Numbered from the stretch's first letter, positions 27,499 to 39,249 are shown. The stretch: 64,000 nucleotides of DNA from an uncultured Chitinophagales bacterium (GCA_964538485.1 CAZIHJ010000003.1:3097-67096); one strand, 5' to 3'. Numbers and translations: made by a program. The notes: a model not told the origin generated them from the letters alone.

Positions 27499-28830
27499 CT
27501 AGAATGCCCCGCGCAGGTCAAGGACAAACTGCCCTTTGCGATACTCGTTGAACGCATAGTGCGTCCGAATGACAACGCTATAGGGAAGTAGGAAGTCGAG
27601 GCCGCCACCGTACCCCGAGTGGAATGACCCGATCTGAATGTGCTCTCCGCGAAACCACGTTGATCCGGTTTCACCGAAGATTGCCAGACTGATACCGAAC
27701 CTCCAGACAGAGAATTGCTCGGGGACCGGAAGTGCGGTAAAGCGAATCGTCTGCGGCTTCACGAGAGGATAACGCAATTCAATTGAGGCGCCGAGCATAT
27801 TCTCTCCCTCGAACACCGTGTTGTAATATCCGCGAATACGTTCCGCGTATCCGAAGTAAAGGAGGTGATATGTGGGAACATCGCCGCCGGAGGTTATTGC
27901 ACCATGGAAGCGGGTGGCAAACGTCAGGTCAAGAGGCAGAGGTGTATAGGTGCGAAGATCCGCACTCAGGCGCGCAAAATCGAGATCGGATGTTCCAAAT
28001 CCATACTTGCGCGCGTTTACTGAAAAGGAACGGCCTTTGGACGGGTACTCGCGCAAATCCCTGGAATCGTACGAATATGTAACCTGGGCGAGGATATAGG
28101 AATCCTTCCCCGTTGGCGAGATGGTCCGTCCCGGACGGTAGTCATCGATGTGGACCACCTGATACCCCACATTGAGGCCGGCGGTTTCATATAGCGAAAA
28201 CCGTCTGCCCAGCGTCGCATTGATATCATAATGAAGCTCGTCGAAATCTCCCGTGACGGCTGAAGCGGTCTTGCTCTTGTTCCGAATGCGGGAATATGAT
28301 ATAGCTCCGGCAAAGTAGAGACTGAATTCCCGATCCAGTTGCGGGTCGGAAAAGAACATATCGAACGATGGATTACTTCCCAGAACAACCGACCCGAAGA
28401 GTCTTTGGTTTCTTCCGCCGACATTATTATGCAGCAATCCCGCCCCGAAATACGGACGCTTTGGATCTCCGTCGCGAAAACCGAAAAGTGGTACGGGAAT
28501 CAAATACCAGCGCTCGTGGACTTCGACGTAGAGAAAGCGCAGTCCCTGCAGACTGTCGTAGTAGATTTCCACGCTATTAAACAGCTTGAGACTGTATATT
28601 CTATTCTTGTCAAATTCCATCGCCTCCCATGTGACAAGATCGCCGGCCCGGAGCGTCATCTCATCAGAAATAACGTATGACTTGGTCTTCTCGTTGCCTG
28701 CGATGATGACAGTATCGATAATGCCGAGAGGAAAGGAAAAAGCCCGGAGGGAATCAGGCCCTTGTGAATGAAGAGCGGTTGGAAAACAAAGAAAAACAAA
28801 TGTGCAGGCGGCAAACTTCAACAACGGCAT
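27499..28830 (-). CDS. Omp85/BamA-family outer-membrane protein (single POTRA plus surface-antigen barrel)
   Basis: Signal peptide, one POTRA-like segment, a barrel ending in an aromatic residue, and glycine/aromatic-rich beta strands. Confidence 0.55.
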   Translation of the reverse strand: MPLLKFAACTFVFLCFPTALHSQGPDSLRAFSFPLGIIDTVIIAGNEKTKSYVISDEMTLRAGDLVTWEAMEFDKNRIYSLKLFNSVEIYYDSLQGLRFLYVEVHERWYLIPVPLFGFRDGDPKRPYFGAGLLHNNVGGRNQRLFGSVVLGSNPSFDMFFSDPQLDREFSLYFAGAISYSRIRNKSKTASAVTGDFDELHYDINATLGRRFSLYETAGLNVGYQVVHIDDYRPGRTISPTGKDSYILAQVTYSYDSRDLREYPSKGRSFSVNARKYGFGTSDLDFARLSADLRTYTPLPLDLTFATRFHGAITSGGDVPTYHLLYFGYAERIRGYYNTVFEGENMLGASIELRYPLVKPQTIRFTALPVPEQFSVWRFGISLAIFGETGSTWFRGEHIQIGSFHSGYGGGLDFLLPYSVVIRTHYAFNEYRKGQFVLDLRGAF

Positions 28831-28877
28831 TGTTCCTCAAGTGAAGAAAACAGGGCGACCGGCAGACAGCGGAACGG

Positions 28878-31760
28878 TCAACGCACTGGTTCTCCGGTTT
28901 CTTCTGCATACGATTCAATCGGAGGACAGACACACATGATATTACGGTCGCCGAACGAGTTGTTGATGCGCCCGACACTCGGCCAGAATTTATGATGACG
29001 AAGATATGGAAGCGGGTAGACGGCTTCGTACCGGGTGTAGGGATGGTCCCAAATTTCACTCAATGCGGAATGAGCAGTATGCGGGGCGTTCTTGAGGACG
29101 TTGTTTGTTTTCTCTGACTTGCCATCCATGATGTTCTGAATCTCGCCACGGATCGCAATGAGCGCATCTGCAAATCGATCCAGCTCCGCTTTTGACTCAC
29201 TTTCCGTGGGCTCGATCATCAGGGTTCCGGCAACAGGGAAAGAGACAGTCGGAGCGTGGAAACCATAGTCCATTAATCGTTTGGCAACATCTTCGGCCTC
29301 AATGCCGGTACTCTCTTTGAATCCCCGCAAGTCAATGATAAACTCATGGGCGCAACGTCCATTCTTTCCAACATACAGTACGGGATAGTGCCTATCAAGA
29401 CGGTTCTTCAGGTAATTCGCATTCAGGATCGCAGTCCGGGTGGAATCTGTCACCCCCCGCGCCCCCAACATCTTGATATATCCATAGGAGATCAGAAGAA
29501 TACTTGCACTACCCCATGGGGCAGACGCCACTGCGGTAATGGCCTTCTCGCCGCCTGTCTTGATCACAGGATGTCCGGGAAGAAACGGCGCAAGGTGTTT
29601 CGCAACGCAGATGGGGCCCATTCCGGGTCCGCCTCCACCATGCGGTATACTGAAAGTCTTGTGCAAGTTGATATGACACACGTCCGCACCAATGGCGGCG
29701 GGACTTGTCAAGCCCACTTGCGCATTGAGGTTTGCGCCGTCCATATAGACCTGTCCACCATGTTGATGGATGATGGCGCAGATTTCTTGAATTGTCTCTT
29801 CAAAGATTCCGTGAGTGGACGGATACGTGACCATCAAAGCAGCGAGGTGATCCTTGTGGGCCTGTGCCTGCTTTCGCAGGTCCGCCACATCAATATTGCC
29901 ATGTTCATCGGATCGTACTACAACCACCTTCATTCCAGCCATCACAGCACTCGCCGGATTTGTGCCATGAGCCGAGGAGGGAATGAGAGCGATATTCCGC
30001 TGGTGATCGTCTCGGGATTCGTGGTAGGCCCGAATAACCATCAGGCCTGCATACTCGCCCTGTGCGCCTGAATTCGGTTGCAACGATGTTGCTGCAAATC
30101 CGGTAATGACGCACAGCGCCGATTCCAATTCACGGAACACCTCCTGATAACCGGGAACCTGTTCAACAGGAACAAAAGGGTGTACCGAGGAAAACTCCCT
30201 CCAGCTGATTGGCATCAACTCGGACGCGGCGTTCAGTTTCATGGTGCATGAACCAAGCGCGATCATCGAATGCGTGAGCGAAAGGTCTTTGTTTTCCAGT
30301 CGCTTGATGTATCGCATCATCTCTGTTTCGGAATGATAGGTGTTAAAGACCGGGTGGGTCAAATACCCGCTTGTACGTCCCAACGATGGCCGACTTCCGT
30401 GGTGCTCTCCATTAGACGGCGGTGTTGCCCCAACAGCTTTCGCCAGAACATGAATAATTGCCTGAATATCACCTTGGGACGTTGTTTCATTCACACTGAT
30501 ACCGATGTGCCGGTCGTCGATGTACCGGAAGTTGATGAGTGCTTCTTCTGCAATTTTCCTGATGGCTTTTGAAGGAACGGGAGTTTCGATCCGCAGCGTG
30601 TCAAAAAAGACGGAGTTTGTCTGGCGGTAACCGATGGTTTCCAATTGTACGGAAAGAGTGTGTGCCCGGTCGTGTACACGTTCAGCAATTTGTTTTATGC
30701 CGCGTGGTCCATGGTATACAGCATACATGCCCGCCATGATTGCGAGCAGGGCCTGTGCAGTGCAGATATTCGATGTTGCCTTCTCGCGGCGGATATGCTG
30801 CTCGCGCGTCTGCAGAGTCATGCGGAATGCCGTCCCTCCCTGGGCGTCAATCGAAACGCCGATGATTCTCCCCGGCATATAACGCACAAACTCTGCTCGC
30901 GTTGCAAAGAATGCCGCGTGAGGGCCGCCATAGCCGAGAGGAACGCCGAATCGTTGTGCGGATCCTAGAGCAATATCGGCACCCAGTTCACCCGGCGGTT
31001 GCAGCAAAGCAAGAGCGAGCAGATCTGTCGCCATGGCAATGAGCAGTCCATTTGCATGGGCTGTTTCGATGAATGATCGATAGTCGTGTACAGCGCCATC
31101 GTGTGCCGGGTACTGCAATAATGCGCCGAAAAAGTCTTGTCCCAGCACGGCTGATGCATGGTTGCCGACAACAATCTTCATTCCGAGCGGCGTTGCCCGC
31201 GTACGCAGCACGTCAATGGTGGAAGGAAGACATGTGTCTGAAACAAAAAACTTGTCCGCATGCTGCTTGCCGTCGTTCTTTGAGACAATCCCATGCATCA
31301 TTGTCATTGCTTCAGCCGCGGCAGTTCCTTCGTCAAGAAGAGAGGCGTTTGCCACGTCAAGTTTTGTCAAATCCGTGATCATCGTTTGGAAATTCAGGAG
31401 TGCTTCGAGCCGCCCTTGGGCAATCTCTGCCTGGTATGGAGTGTACTGGGTATACCATCCGGGATTCTCAAGAATGTTACGCTGGATGACGGGTGGGGTG
31501 ATGCAGTCATGAAATCCCAAGCCGATGTACGTGGCAAACAGCCGGTTTTTTGCGGCGATGCCACGCAATTGCTTCAAGTAGTCATACTCGCTTATGGCAG
31601 CATTGAGTGCAAGCTCAGTATTCAGTCGAATTGCCGCTGGCACAGTCTGGTCAATCAACTCATCGAGCGATGCCAGGCCCAGAGCAGCGACCATCTGTTG
31701 TTGTTCTTCGGGTTCGGGACCGATGTGTCGTGACTGAAACTGCTCTTCGTGCATGAACAA
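28878..31760 (-). CDS. gcvP: glycine dehydrogenase (decarboxylating), single-chain P protein
   Basis: 960 aa covering both the GcvPA-like and GcvPB-like halves, with the PLP-lysine region. Confidence 0.9.
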   Translation of the reverse strand: MFMHEEQFQSRHIGPEPEEQQQMVAALGLASLDELIDQTVPAAIRLNTELALNAAISEYDYLKQLRGIAAKNRLFATYIGLGFHDCITPPVIQRNILENPGWYTQYTPYQAEIAQGRLEALLNFQTMITDLTKLDVANASLLDEGTAAAEAMTMMHGIVSKNDGKQHADKFFVSDTCLPSTIDVLRTRATPLGMKIVVGNHASAVLGQDFFGALLQYPAHDGAVHDYRSFIETAHANGLLIAMATDLLALALLQPPGELGADIALGSAQRFGVPLGYGGPHAAFFATRAEFVRYMPGRIIGVSIDAQGGTAFRMTLQTREQHIRREKATSNICTAQALLAIMAGMYAVYHGPRGIKQIAERVHDRAHTLSVQLETIGYRQTNSVFFDTLRIETPVPSKAIRKIAEEALINFRYIDDRHIGISVNETTSQGDIQAIIHVLAKAVGATPPSNGEHHGSRPSLGRTSGYLTHPVFNTYHSETEMMRYIKRLENKDLSLTHSMIALGSCTMKLNAASELMPISWREFSSVHPFVPVEQVPGYQEVFRELESALCVITGFAATSLQPNSGAQGEYAGLMVIRAYHESRDDHQRNIALIPSSAHGTNPASAVMAGMKVVVVRSDEHGNIDVADLRKQAQAHKDHLAALMVTYPSTHGIFEETIQEICAIIHQHGGQVYMDGANLNAQVGLTSPAAIGADVCHINLHKTFSIPHGGGGPGMGPICVAKHLAPFLPGHPVIKTGGEKAITAVASAPWGSASILLISYGYIKMLGARGVTDSTRTAILNANYLKNRLDRHYPVLYVGKNGRCAHEFIIDLRGFKESTGIEAEDVAKRLMDYGFHAPTVSFPVAGTLMIEPTESESKAELDRFADALIAIRGEIQNIMDGKSEKTNNVLKNAPHTAHSALSEIWDHPYTRYEAVYPLPYLRHHKFWPSVGRINNSFGDRNIMCVCPPIESYAEETGEPVR

Positions 31761-31776
31761 AGTCTCTCTTCCTCAG

Positions 31777-32565
31777 TTAAGTGGTTGTACGTTCAAGGTG
31801 TTCAAGCGCCTGACTCGCTGCTGCCTGTTCGGCTTCTTTCTTGTTTTTGCCCGCTCCGGAGCCCCTGTGCTCATTATTCAACAGGACGTCGACCGTGAAA
31901 GTTCGGTCGTGGTCCGGCCCCTCTTCTTTGATAATCACATAGCGGGGAATGCCCAGGCCATGTGATTGTGCGTATTCCAACAACATGCTTTTGTAGTTCT
32001 CGTCTTTTGTGATAACAGAGCCGGTCTTCAGTGCAGCATGCACCTGTCGTTCCACAAACTTACGGGCGGCGTCATATCCGCCATCAAGATAAATTGCTGC
32101 AATAACCGCTTCATAGGTGTCTGCGATTATCGTTTCTGATCCTTTGCCGATGGATTGGGCCGCACTATTGCTCATCAGAATGAAGTCCGACAATTTGATA
32201 TCTTTTGCATATGCGGCCAATGCCTTTCTGTTGACGAGCCTCGATCGGACCTTGGTGAGTTCTCCTTCTTCAGCATCCGGGTAGTTATGGTAGAGATACT
32301 CCGCCACGATAAGATTGAGGATGGAATCGCCCAGAAACTCCAGGCGTTCATTGGAACGGATCGGGCGATTTACGCGCGTCAGAAATGATCTGTGCAGAAG
32401 TGCTTGCACGAATACTTCCTGATTCCTGATCGGATAGCCAATCAGACGTTGGAACTTCTTCGTATTGCTGCGGAGGAGATCTTTCTGTGCTTCTTCCTGA
32501 TCCTCAGAACGGGCGCTCTGAGGCGTTCCCGAGAGCTTCTCAAGAAGCTCCTTCACCCAACCCAT
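31777..32565 (-). CDS. rnc: ribonuclease III
   Basis: ERLEFLGDSILN catalytic motif and a C-terminal dsRBD. Confidence 0.9.
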   Translation of the reverse strand: MGWVKELLEKLSGTPQSARSEDQEEAQKDLLRSNTKKFQRLIGYPIRNQEVFVQALLHRSFLTRVNRPIRSNERLEFLGDSILNLIVAEYLYHNYPDAEEGELTKVRSRLVNRKALAAYAKDIKLSDFILMSNSAAQSIGKGSETIIADTYEAVIAAIYLDGGYDAARKFVERQVHAALKTGSVITKDENYKSMLLEYAQSHGLGIPRYVIIKEEGPDHDRTFTVDVLLNNEHRGSGAGKNKKEAEQAAASQALEHLERTTT

Positions 32566-32572
32566 GCATGTC

Positions 32573-33820
32573 TCACGTTGTGGAGTACTTCTTCACGAGT
32601 ATCGTTGCGTTGTGTCCACCGAACCCGAACGTATTGCTCAATGCGTAATTGACCACGCGGTGTTGCGCAGTGTTGGGGGTATAGTTAAGATCGCACTGCG
32701 GATCGGGGAACTCGTAATTGATGGTTGGGGGGATTGTATCATGCACACATGCCAGGATCGCGGCAATCGCTTCTACGCCCCCCGCAGCGCCGAGCAAGTG
32801 CCCCGTCATGGATTTCGTGGAGCTGATATTCATCTTCTTTGCGTGCTCGCCAAAGGTGGTCTTGATTGCGAGTGTTTCACTAATATCGCCGAGTGGAGTT
32901 GAAGTGCCATGAACATTCACGTAGTCTACTTGCTCGGGCTGGATTCCCGCATCGCGGAGAGAGCGCTGCATGGATCGTACGGCGCCTTCTCCCCCTTGCG
33001 GGGGTGCCGTAATATGGTGTGCATCCGCGGTGAACCCGATACCGACGATTTCCGCATAAATACGAGCCCCGCGCTTCGTTGCATGCTCAAGTTCTTCAAT
33101 GACCAGAGTTCCTGCTCCTTCTCCCATCACAAACCCGTCGCGCTGCGCATCGAAAGGTCGGCTTGCTCTTTCCGGTGCATCGTTGCGCGTTGACATTGCC
33201 TTCATTGCATTGAAGCCGCCCATTCCCATCGGTGTGATCGGTGCCTCGGATCCACCACATACCATGACATCAGCGTCGCCGTACTGGACGATGCGAAATG
33301 CATCACCAATGGCGTGAGATGCCGTTGCACATGCTGAAACGGTTGCGTAGTTCGGTCCTTTGAGTCCGTGCCTGATGGAAATGTATCCGGCTGCAATATC
33401 CGGGATGAGCATCGGAATGAAGAAGGGACTGATGCGCCCGGGTCCCCCGCCCATATAGTTCTGGAACTGGGTATCGTATGTGGTCATACCACCAATGCCG
33501 GAACCGTATACGACACCGAGGCGGTCTGGATCCAACTCCTTGACCGACAAGCCGGAGTCCTTCATCGCCATATCGGAAGAGATCACCGCAAACTGAGCGA
33601 ATGGGTCCATACGCTGGGCGGACTTCCGATCCATGTAGTCGGTGGCGGTGAATCCTTTGAGTTGACACGCAAAACGAGTGTCATAGGCCGCTGCATCGAA
33701 ATACGTTACCGGGCCGGCCCCGCTTTTTCCGGCGACAAGGTTCTTCCAGAACTCTTCGATGCCCAGACCGACAGGCGTCAACGCACCTAATCCTGTAACC
33801 ACGACTCTTCGTTTACTCAT
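32573..33820 (-). CDS. fabF: 3-oxoacyl-ACP synthase II
   Basis: KAS II thiolase fold with the active-site Cys region ([14 protein letters not shown]) and His/His motifs. Confidence 0.9.
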   Translation of the reverse strand: MSKRRVVVTGLGALTPVGLGIEEFWKNLVAGKSGAGPVTYFDAAAYDTRFACQLKGFTATDYMDRKSAQRMDPFAQFAVISSDMAMKDSGLSVKELDPDRLGVVYGSGIGGMTTYDTQFQNYMGGGPGRISPFFIPMLIPDIAAGYISIRHGLKGPNYATVSACATASHAIGDAFRIVQYGDADVMVCGGSEAPITPMGMGGFNAMKAMSTRNDAPERASRPFDAQRDGFVMGEGAGTLVIEELEHATKRGARIYAEIVGIGFTADAHHITAPPQGGEGAVRSMQRSLRDAGIQPEQVDYVNVHGTSTPLGDISETLAIKTTFGEHAKKMNISSTKSMTGHLLGAAGGVEAIAAILACVHDTIPPTINYEFPDPQCDLNYTPNTAQHRVVNYALSNTFGFGGHNATILVKKYSTT

Positions 33821-33868
33821 AGAACTGCTCAGGCTTCGCCTCCGTCAAACAAACTGAAGGAATTGGAA

Positions 33869-34102
33869 TTATGCGCTTTTGGATGTGATATACTTGATGG
33901 CGTCACCAACCGTGGTGATCTTCTCGGCATCCTCATCGGGAATCTGGAGATTGAATGCTTTTTCAAACTCCATCACAAGTTCGACGGTATCAAGAGAGTC
34001 TGCGCCGAGGTCGTTAGTGAATGAAGCTTCGGGTGTAATCTGTCCATCATCAACACCGAGCTTGTTGATAATAATTTCTTTCACTTTGGCACCAATATCC
34101 AT
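33869..34102 (-). CDS. acpP: acyl carrier protein
   Basis: 77 aa with the [13 protein letters not shown] phosphopantetheine site. Confidence 0.9.
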   Translation of the reverse strand: MDIGAKVKEIIINKLGVDDGQITPEASFTNDLGADSLDTVELVMEFEKAFNLQIPDEDAEKITTVGDAIKYITSKSA

Positions 34103-34150
34103 GGTGATAGCCTCCTGTAGGATTATGAAAGTATGAATCAGTTGTTCTAT

Positions 34151-34897
34151 TTACATTGTCATTCCACCGTCCACACACAAGACCTGGCCGGTGATATAGT
34201 CTGCCTCTGCTGAAGCAAGAAATCTCACCACGCCGGCGATTTCAGACGGTTGCGCAGTGCGCTTCAAAGGAATATATTCGGTTAATGCTTTTCGTTGTTC
34301 TTCATTCAACTTGGCGGTCATATCGGTTTCAACGTATCCCGGAGCAACCGCGTTGACCTGAATATTGCGAGAACCAAGCTCTTTTGCAACTGATTTCGTA
34401 AACCCGATGATGCCGGCCTTTGATGCCGCATAGTTTGCCTGTCCGGCATTTCCCGTTACACCCACTACGGACGTGATGTTGATGATCTTTCCGGATCGTT
34501 GCCCCATCATTGGCCGGCATGCCGCTTTGGTGAAATTGTAGACACTCTTGAGGTTACTTGCTATGACTATGTCCCAGTCTTCTTCGCTCATACGCATGAG
34601 CAAACCATCCTTGGTAACCCCCGCGTTGTTGACTAGAATATCCAAACGGCCGAGTTCCTTTACCACGGTATCCACTGCCTGCGCAGCTGCCGTCGTTAAC
34701 GTAGCATCAGACTGGATGCCGATGACGTTGCTTCCCAGTGCTTTCAGTTCACCCACAAGAGTCTCCGCAGCTGATGCAGAGCTGCGATACGTAAATGCCA
34801 CTGAAGCGCCGGCCTGAGCAAGGGCAACCACGATAGCGCGTCCGATTCCCTTGCCACCGCCTGTAACGAGGGCTGTCTTCCCTGCAAGCCCGCTCAT
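34151..34897 (-). CDS. fabG: 3-oxoacyl-ACP reductase
   Basis: SDR protein with TGGGKGIGRA and the Y/K dyad (YAASKAG). Confidence 0.9.
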   Translation of the reverse strand: MSGLAGKTALVTGGGKGIGRAIVVALAQAGASVAFTYRSSASAAETLVGELKALGSNVIGIQSDATLTTAAAQAVDTVVKELGRLDILVNNAGVTKDGLLMRMSEEDWDIVIASNLKSVYNFTKAACRPMMGQRSGKIINITSVVGVTGNAGQANYAASKAGIIGFTKSVAKELGSRNIQVNAVAPGYVETDMTAKLNEEQRKALTEYIPLKRTAQPSEIAGVVRFLASAEADYITGQVLCVDGGMTM

Positions 34898-35511
34898 TGT
34901 TCGATCCTTGCTATTGCTGCCGGAATAGTCGCCTGTTTCGCATTGTAGTATTCCTGCATCGCGCGGAATCCGTCTTCACCGAGCAGGTGAACGAGTTCGT
35001 CTTTGCATGCCTCGAACAGCGGCACGTCAAAATTCGTGCTTACAGAACAGCAAGTGGCGTCGTCCTGAAGGAGATCGTCAAACCCGATAACCTTGTTGGT
35101 AATTTCAACGGGGAAGAGGATGCAGAACAGCGGCTTGAGGCTCCACCTTCCCATGCCTTCCGTTGTTGTCGCCAATTGAATCGAGCACCTGCCCATGGTA
35201 TCTAGGAACACACATTTGTTGTTGTGAACCGTGGTGCCGACAGCACGACCTGACGGGAAATCCGCATCGTCAAATTCATGATCATCAAACCACTGGGAGT
35301 CATCGGTTACCTGTGTTTCATCCATATACTTCTTGATCATTTCCTTATGGCCGAGAATCTTCTCCCGTTCGGTAACATCGGCATAAACGCCGCCGGAGCA
35401 ACAGATCGAAGTACAGGTGCACGGCCCCGCCCCCGGGGCATATCCTTTTGAGAACAGCTCGGGAGAAATCGAGAAGCCTTTTACTTCCAATAACGGTTCA
35501 TTGTCAGCCAC
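34894..35511 (-). CDS. Cys-rich protein of unknown function (DUF3109-like) embedded in the fab operon
   Basis: 205 aa with CTCTSICCSGG, CVFLDTMGRC and ATCCSVS clusters. Its stop overlaps the fabG start. Confidence 0.55.
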   Translation of the reverse strand: MADNEPLLEVKGFSISPELFSKGYAPGAGPCTCTSICCSGGVYADVTEREKILGHKEMIKKYMDETQVTDDSQWFDDHEFDDADFPSGRAVGTTVHNNKCVFLDTMGRCSIQLATTTEGMGRWSLKPLFCILFPVEITNKVIGFDDLLQDDATCCSVSTNFDVPLFEACKDELVHLLGEDGFRAMQEYYNAKQATIPAAIARIEQ

Positions 35512-35518
35512 AACACTC

Positions 35519-36430
35519 CTAAGCCGGTTGAAGATCGGTAAATTTGTCGAATCCTGATACTGCTACTTCCGGCACTGTGCGCTTCACAAGACCCTGAAGC
35601 ACTTTTCCGGGACCAATTTCATAAAATTGCGTGCATCCATCGCGTACCATATTCTTTACTGTTTCTTCCCATCGAACAGGACATGTTAATTGTTGATGAA
35701 GAAGGTCTCGTATCTCTGACGCTTTCGTCACCGGTTCGGCTGTGACGTTTGCATAGACGGGAATCCGGGCATCCTGAATGAACGTCTCATCGAGTTTTCT
35801 TCGCAGACCGTCTTTGGCGCTTGCCATCAGAGGGGAATGGAATGCCCCGCTCACGACAAGTTCCTTCACGAGCTTGGCACCGCGTTGTTTTGCCAGTTCC
35901 ATTCCTTTGCGAACGCCTTCTATTGATCCGGAGATGACGATTTGTCCCGGCGAATTGAAGTTGGCCGGTTGGACAATACCGTCCGCTGTTGCTTCCGCAC
36001 AGACATCCTCAACTGTTGCCGCTTCCAATCCGACAATCGCTGCCATCGTTCCTTTGGATGCCTCCCCCGCCTGCTGCATCAATTCTCCCCTGAGCCGAAC
36101 GAGGAGAAGACCGTCATCAAACGACAAGGCCCCGGCGGCAACAAGGGCGGAGTATTCGCCCAAAGAGTGACCTGCGACCATGTCCGCTCTGAGATCAACA
36201 ACGCGTTGTGCAACGACCATGCTGTGAAGAAAGATTGCCGGCTGTGTATTCTTTGTTTGCCGGAGTTCCCCCTCCGGTCCATCGAAACATATCCGGCTGA
36301 TGGGCGCGTGCAACAGTGCATCTGCATGCCCGAACAAAGCACGCGAGCGTTCATCATTCTCAAAATATTCCTTCCCCATCCCGACATATTGGGATCCCTG
36401 TCCGGGAAATATGAACGCTGTTTTCCCCAT
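35519..36430 (-). CDS. fabD: malonyl CoA-ACP transacylase
   Basis: MGKTAFIFPGQGSQYVGMG and GHSLGEYSALV motifs. The ATG at 36430 sits 2 nt after the fabH stop; the track ORF to 36478 overlaps fabH. Confidence 0.85.
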   Translation of the reverse strand: MGKTAFIFPGQGSQYVGMGKEYFENDERSRALFGHADALLHAPISRICFDGPEGELRQTKNTQPAIFLHSMVVAQRVVDLRADMVAGHSLGEYSALVAAGALSFDDGLLLVRLRGELMQQAGEASKGTMAAIVGLEAATVEDVCAEATADGIVQPANFNSPGQIVISGSIEGVRKGMELAKQRGAKLVKELVVSGAFHSPLMASAKDGLRRKLDETFIQDARIPVYANVTAEPVTKASEIRDLLHQQLTCPVRWEETVKNMVRDGCTQFYEIGPGKVLQGLVKRTVPEVAVSGFDKFTDLQPA

Positions 36431-36432
36431 GG

Positions 36433-37443
36433 CTATTGTGCATTCTCCGCTGACCATCGTACGAGGGCGGCGCCCCAAGTATACCCAGCGCCAAAGCTTG
36501 CCAGAACGATTGTTTGTCCTTTCCGCAGCTTGCCGCTACTCCACCACTCTGAAAGACAAAGAGGAATAGTCGCGGCTGTGGTATTACCGTAACGATCAAT
36601 ATTGATCATGACTTTCGATTTGTCGAGGCCCATGCGTTCCGCGCATGCGTCAATAATTCTGAGATTCGCCTGGTGGGGAACAAGCCAATCCACATCTCTG
36701 GCCGTCAGGTTATTGCGTTCCATGATTTCGGCAGAAACATCGGCCATTCCCATCACAGCGACCTTAAACACTGACTTCCCGTCCTGAAAGAGGAAATGCA
36801 TACCTTTGTCGACCGTCTCATGTGTGGCAGGATTGAGGCTTCCACCACCGAGCATATGAAGGGCCCTGCGTCCGGAACCATCGGCGTAGAGTTTGTGATC
36901 AAGGACGCCAACGGAGAGATCAGTGGTGGGTTCCAGCAATACCGCCGCCGCGCCATCACCGAACAGGATACTCGTATTACGATCCTTGTAGTCAGTAATG
37001 GAACTCATCTTGTCTGCCCCGACAACGATCACTTTCTTGTATGCCCCATTCTCGACAAACTGACTGGCAATGACAAGGGAGTAAAGAAATCCTGAACATG
37101 CCGCAGAAACATCGAACCCCCACGCCTTCTTCGCACCAAGCTTTTCCTGAATAAGACACGCTGTGGATGGAAAGAACATATCCGGAGAAATTGTTCCGAC
37201 GACGATCAAATCAATCTCGGAAGCATCGATCCCGCGGTTGACAAGACAAGACTGAATTGCCTTGACTGCCATATCTGATGTCGCACCGTTCTCAAGAATA
37301 CGCCGTTCCGAAATACCTGTTCTTGTCCTGATCCACTCATCGGAGGTATCAACCATTTTTTCGAGATCGGCGTTTGATAGCACCTTGTCGGGAACAAAGT
37401 GCCCGACAGCCGTGATAGCAGCCCGGAGTTTCTTTTCTGTCAT
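36433..37443 (-). CDS. fabH: 3-oxoacyl-ACP synthase III
   Basis: KAS III with the active-site region DVSAACSGFLYSL. Confidence 0.9.
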   Translation of the reverse strand: MTEKKLRAAITAVGHFVPDKVLSNADLEKMVDTSDEWIRTRTGISERRILENGATSDMAVKAIQSCLVNRGIDASEIDLIVVGTISPDMFFPSTACLIQEKLGAKKAWGFDVSAACSGFLYSLVIASQFVENGAYKKVIVVGADKMSSITDYKDRNTSILFGDGAAAVLLEPTTDLSVGVLDHKLYADGSGRRALHMLGGGSLNPATHETVDKGMHFLFQDGKSVFKVAVMGMADVSAEIMERNNLTARDVDWLVPHQANLRIIDACAERMGLDKSKVMINIDRYGNTTAATIPLCLSEWWSSGKLRKGQTIVLASFGAGYTWGAALVRWSAENAQ

Positions 37444-37455
37444 ACAATCCTGCTC

Positions 37456-38502
37456 TTATGAAGCATACCGTACCATTGCTTCCTGAATGCGCACATTGAT
37501 CTTGTGTCGGACCATTTCTTCGGCCCTGTAGATCATGTTCTTAATTGCCTTGGGAGTCGAGCCCCCATGTCCGATAATTGACACGCCATTGACGCCGAGG
37601 AGTGGTACGCCGCCATGCTCCTGGTAGTCAAGTTCCTTGAGTACACTTCTCATACCCTTGCGCGCAAACAACACCATCATCTTGTTGATAAAACTCTGTT
37701 GTGCAAATGAGGTGAATCTGGCTTTGAGAAACCCGGGTATGCTTTCCCCAAACTTCAGGAGAATGTTGCCTACGAATCCGTCACAAACGACAACATCGAC
37801 TTTGCCGAGAAGAATATCGCGCCCTTCAATATTGCCGACAAAATTGAGTCCGCTCTTTTTTAAGAGTGAAAATGCTTCCAGGCTTGCTTCATTTCCCTTG
37901 CTTTCCTCTTCGCCAATACTTAGCATCCCGATGCTGGGGTTGTTCTTCCCGCGCAACGAAGCCATGTAAATTGACCCCATAACGCCGAACTCAAACAGAT
38001 GCTGTGCGCGACAATCCACGCTGGCTCCGGCATCGAGAAGCAAGCAGGGGTTTGCTGTGGCGGTGGGAATGAGTGCTCCGATGGTAGGCCGACTGATCCC
38101 GGCAATTCTCCCCAGGAGAAGAGTTGATGCTGAAAGGACGGCTCCGGTGTTTCCTGCGCTGACAAACGCGTCCACTTTGCCTTCCCGATGAAGGTTCATG
38201 CCAACCGTGATGGAAGAATCCTTCTTGGTTTTGAGAGCAGCATTTGGGGTGTCATTCATGGTGATCACCTCGGAGGCATGGGCAATGGTGAACGCTTCAT
38301 GATGACCGGAGTTACTTCGCATCAAGGACTCGATTCTGTCCTGCTGTCCCACAAGCACAAGTGAAAATCTTCCACGTGTTTCGCGAAGCGCATCAAGCGC
38401 ACCAGCCACGACATTCTCGGGTGCATGGTCTCCCCCCATAGCGTCCACGGCGATGCGTATGTTATGGGTGTCTGAAGACAAGGGATAATGAATGAAATCC
38501 AT
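37456..38502 (-). CDS. plsX: phosphate acyltransferase
   Basis: PlsX family (IAVDAMGGDHAP). Confidence 0.9.
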   Translation of the reverse strand: MDFIHYPLSSDTHNIRIAVDAMGGDHAPENVVAGALDALRETRGRFSLVLVGQQDRIESLMRSNSGHHEAFTIAHASEVITMNDTPNAALKTKKDSSITVGMNLHREGKVDAFVSAGNTGAVLSASTLLLGRIAGISRPTIGALIPTATANPCLLLDAGASVDCRAQHLFEFGVMGSIYMASLRGKNNPSIGMLSIGEEESKGNEASLEAFSLLKKSGLNFVGNIEGRDILLGKVDVVVCDGFVGNILLKFGESIPGFLKARFTSFAQQSFINKMMVLFARKGMRSVLKELDYQEHGGVPLLGVNGVSIIGHGGSTPKAIKNMIYRAEEMVRHKINVRIQEAMVRYAS

Positions 38503-38534
38503 AAGAGGGTATCGGCCCTCTTATCATCCACCGT

Positions 38535-38717
38535 TTAGGATGACTTCGGTACTTTGATGGAGCGTCCGTTGTAGTAGCCGCAATTTGGGCAGGCACGGTG
38601 AGGAAGCTTTTGCGTGTGGCAATTCGGGCACTCAGCGACTGCCGCCGCGGTGGCTTTGTAGTGCGTCCGTCGCTTCCGTCCACGTGTTTTGGAATGTCTT
38701 CGTTTGGGATTTGGCAT
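38535..38717 (-). CDS. rpmF: 50S ribosomal protein L32
   Basis: 60 aa with a CxxC...CxxC zinc ribbon and MPNPKRRHSKTR at the N-terminus. Confidence 0.9.
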   Translation of the reverse strand: MPNPKRRHSKTRGRKRRTHYKATAAAVAECPNCHTQKLPHRACPNCGYYNGRSIKVPKSS

Positions 38718-38751
38718 AACAGAATACTCCTCGGTTCGTAAACTCTACCCG

Positions 38752-39249
38752 TCAGTTTGTTCTCAGTTTGCGCAATTGCTCCCACCGGGTATCCACGACT
38801 TCTTCCTTACAGTCGCATGACGCTTCGTTGAGATTTCTGGCGCAGTGGGGACACAAGCCCGCACAGTTTTCGCGACACAACAGTTTCAAAGGGACAGCCA
38901 ACAATACTGTTTGTCGGACATCCTCATCTATATCAATAACGGAAAATCCGGGCGAAAGAACTTGCACCTCTGCAGGATCGTACATTTCGTACTCCGCCTG
39001 GTCGGTAACGTAGTGCATTTGGTAAGAGGGAGTGAGCGCTGTGTGAAACAGAGACGCACACCGATCGCACGTAAAATCACCCTGTGCCAGAATCTGTGCC
39101 TGGAGAAAAAACTGGTTTCCGACTTTCTCAAGGACAGCCCGGACACTTACATCCTTTGCAAACTGGTTTCCCAGTGCCAGACCTTCAGCTCCCACCGTAA
39201 ACTCATAGTGGTGAACTCCCTCCGAAAGCCCTCCAACTTGAATTCTCAT
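38752..39249 (-). CDS. yceD: YceD/DUF177 family protein (large-subunit ribosomal accumulation factor)
   Basis: DUF177 with a C-terminal CPHC...CDC cluster, in the conserved position upstream of rpmF-plsX. Confidence 0.75.
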   Translation of the reverse strand: MRIQVGGLSEGVHHYEFTVGAEGLALGNQFAKDVSVRAVLEKVGNQFFLQAQILAQGDFTCDRCASLFHTALTPSYQMHYVTDQAEYEMYDPAEVQVLSPGFSVIDIDEDVRQTVLLAVPLKLLCRENCAGLCPHCARNLNEASCDCKEEVVDTRWEQLRKLRTN

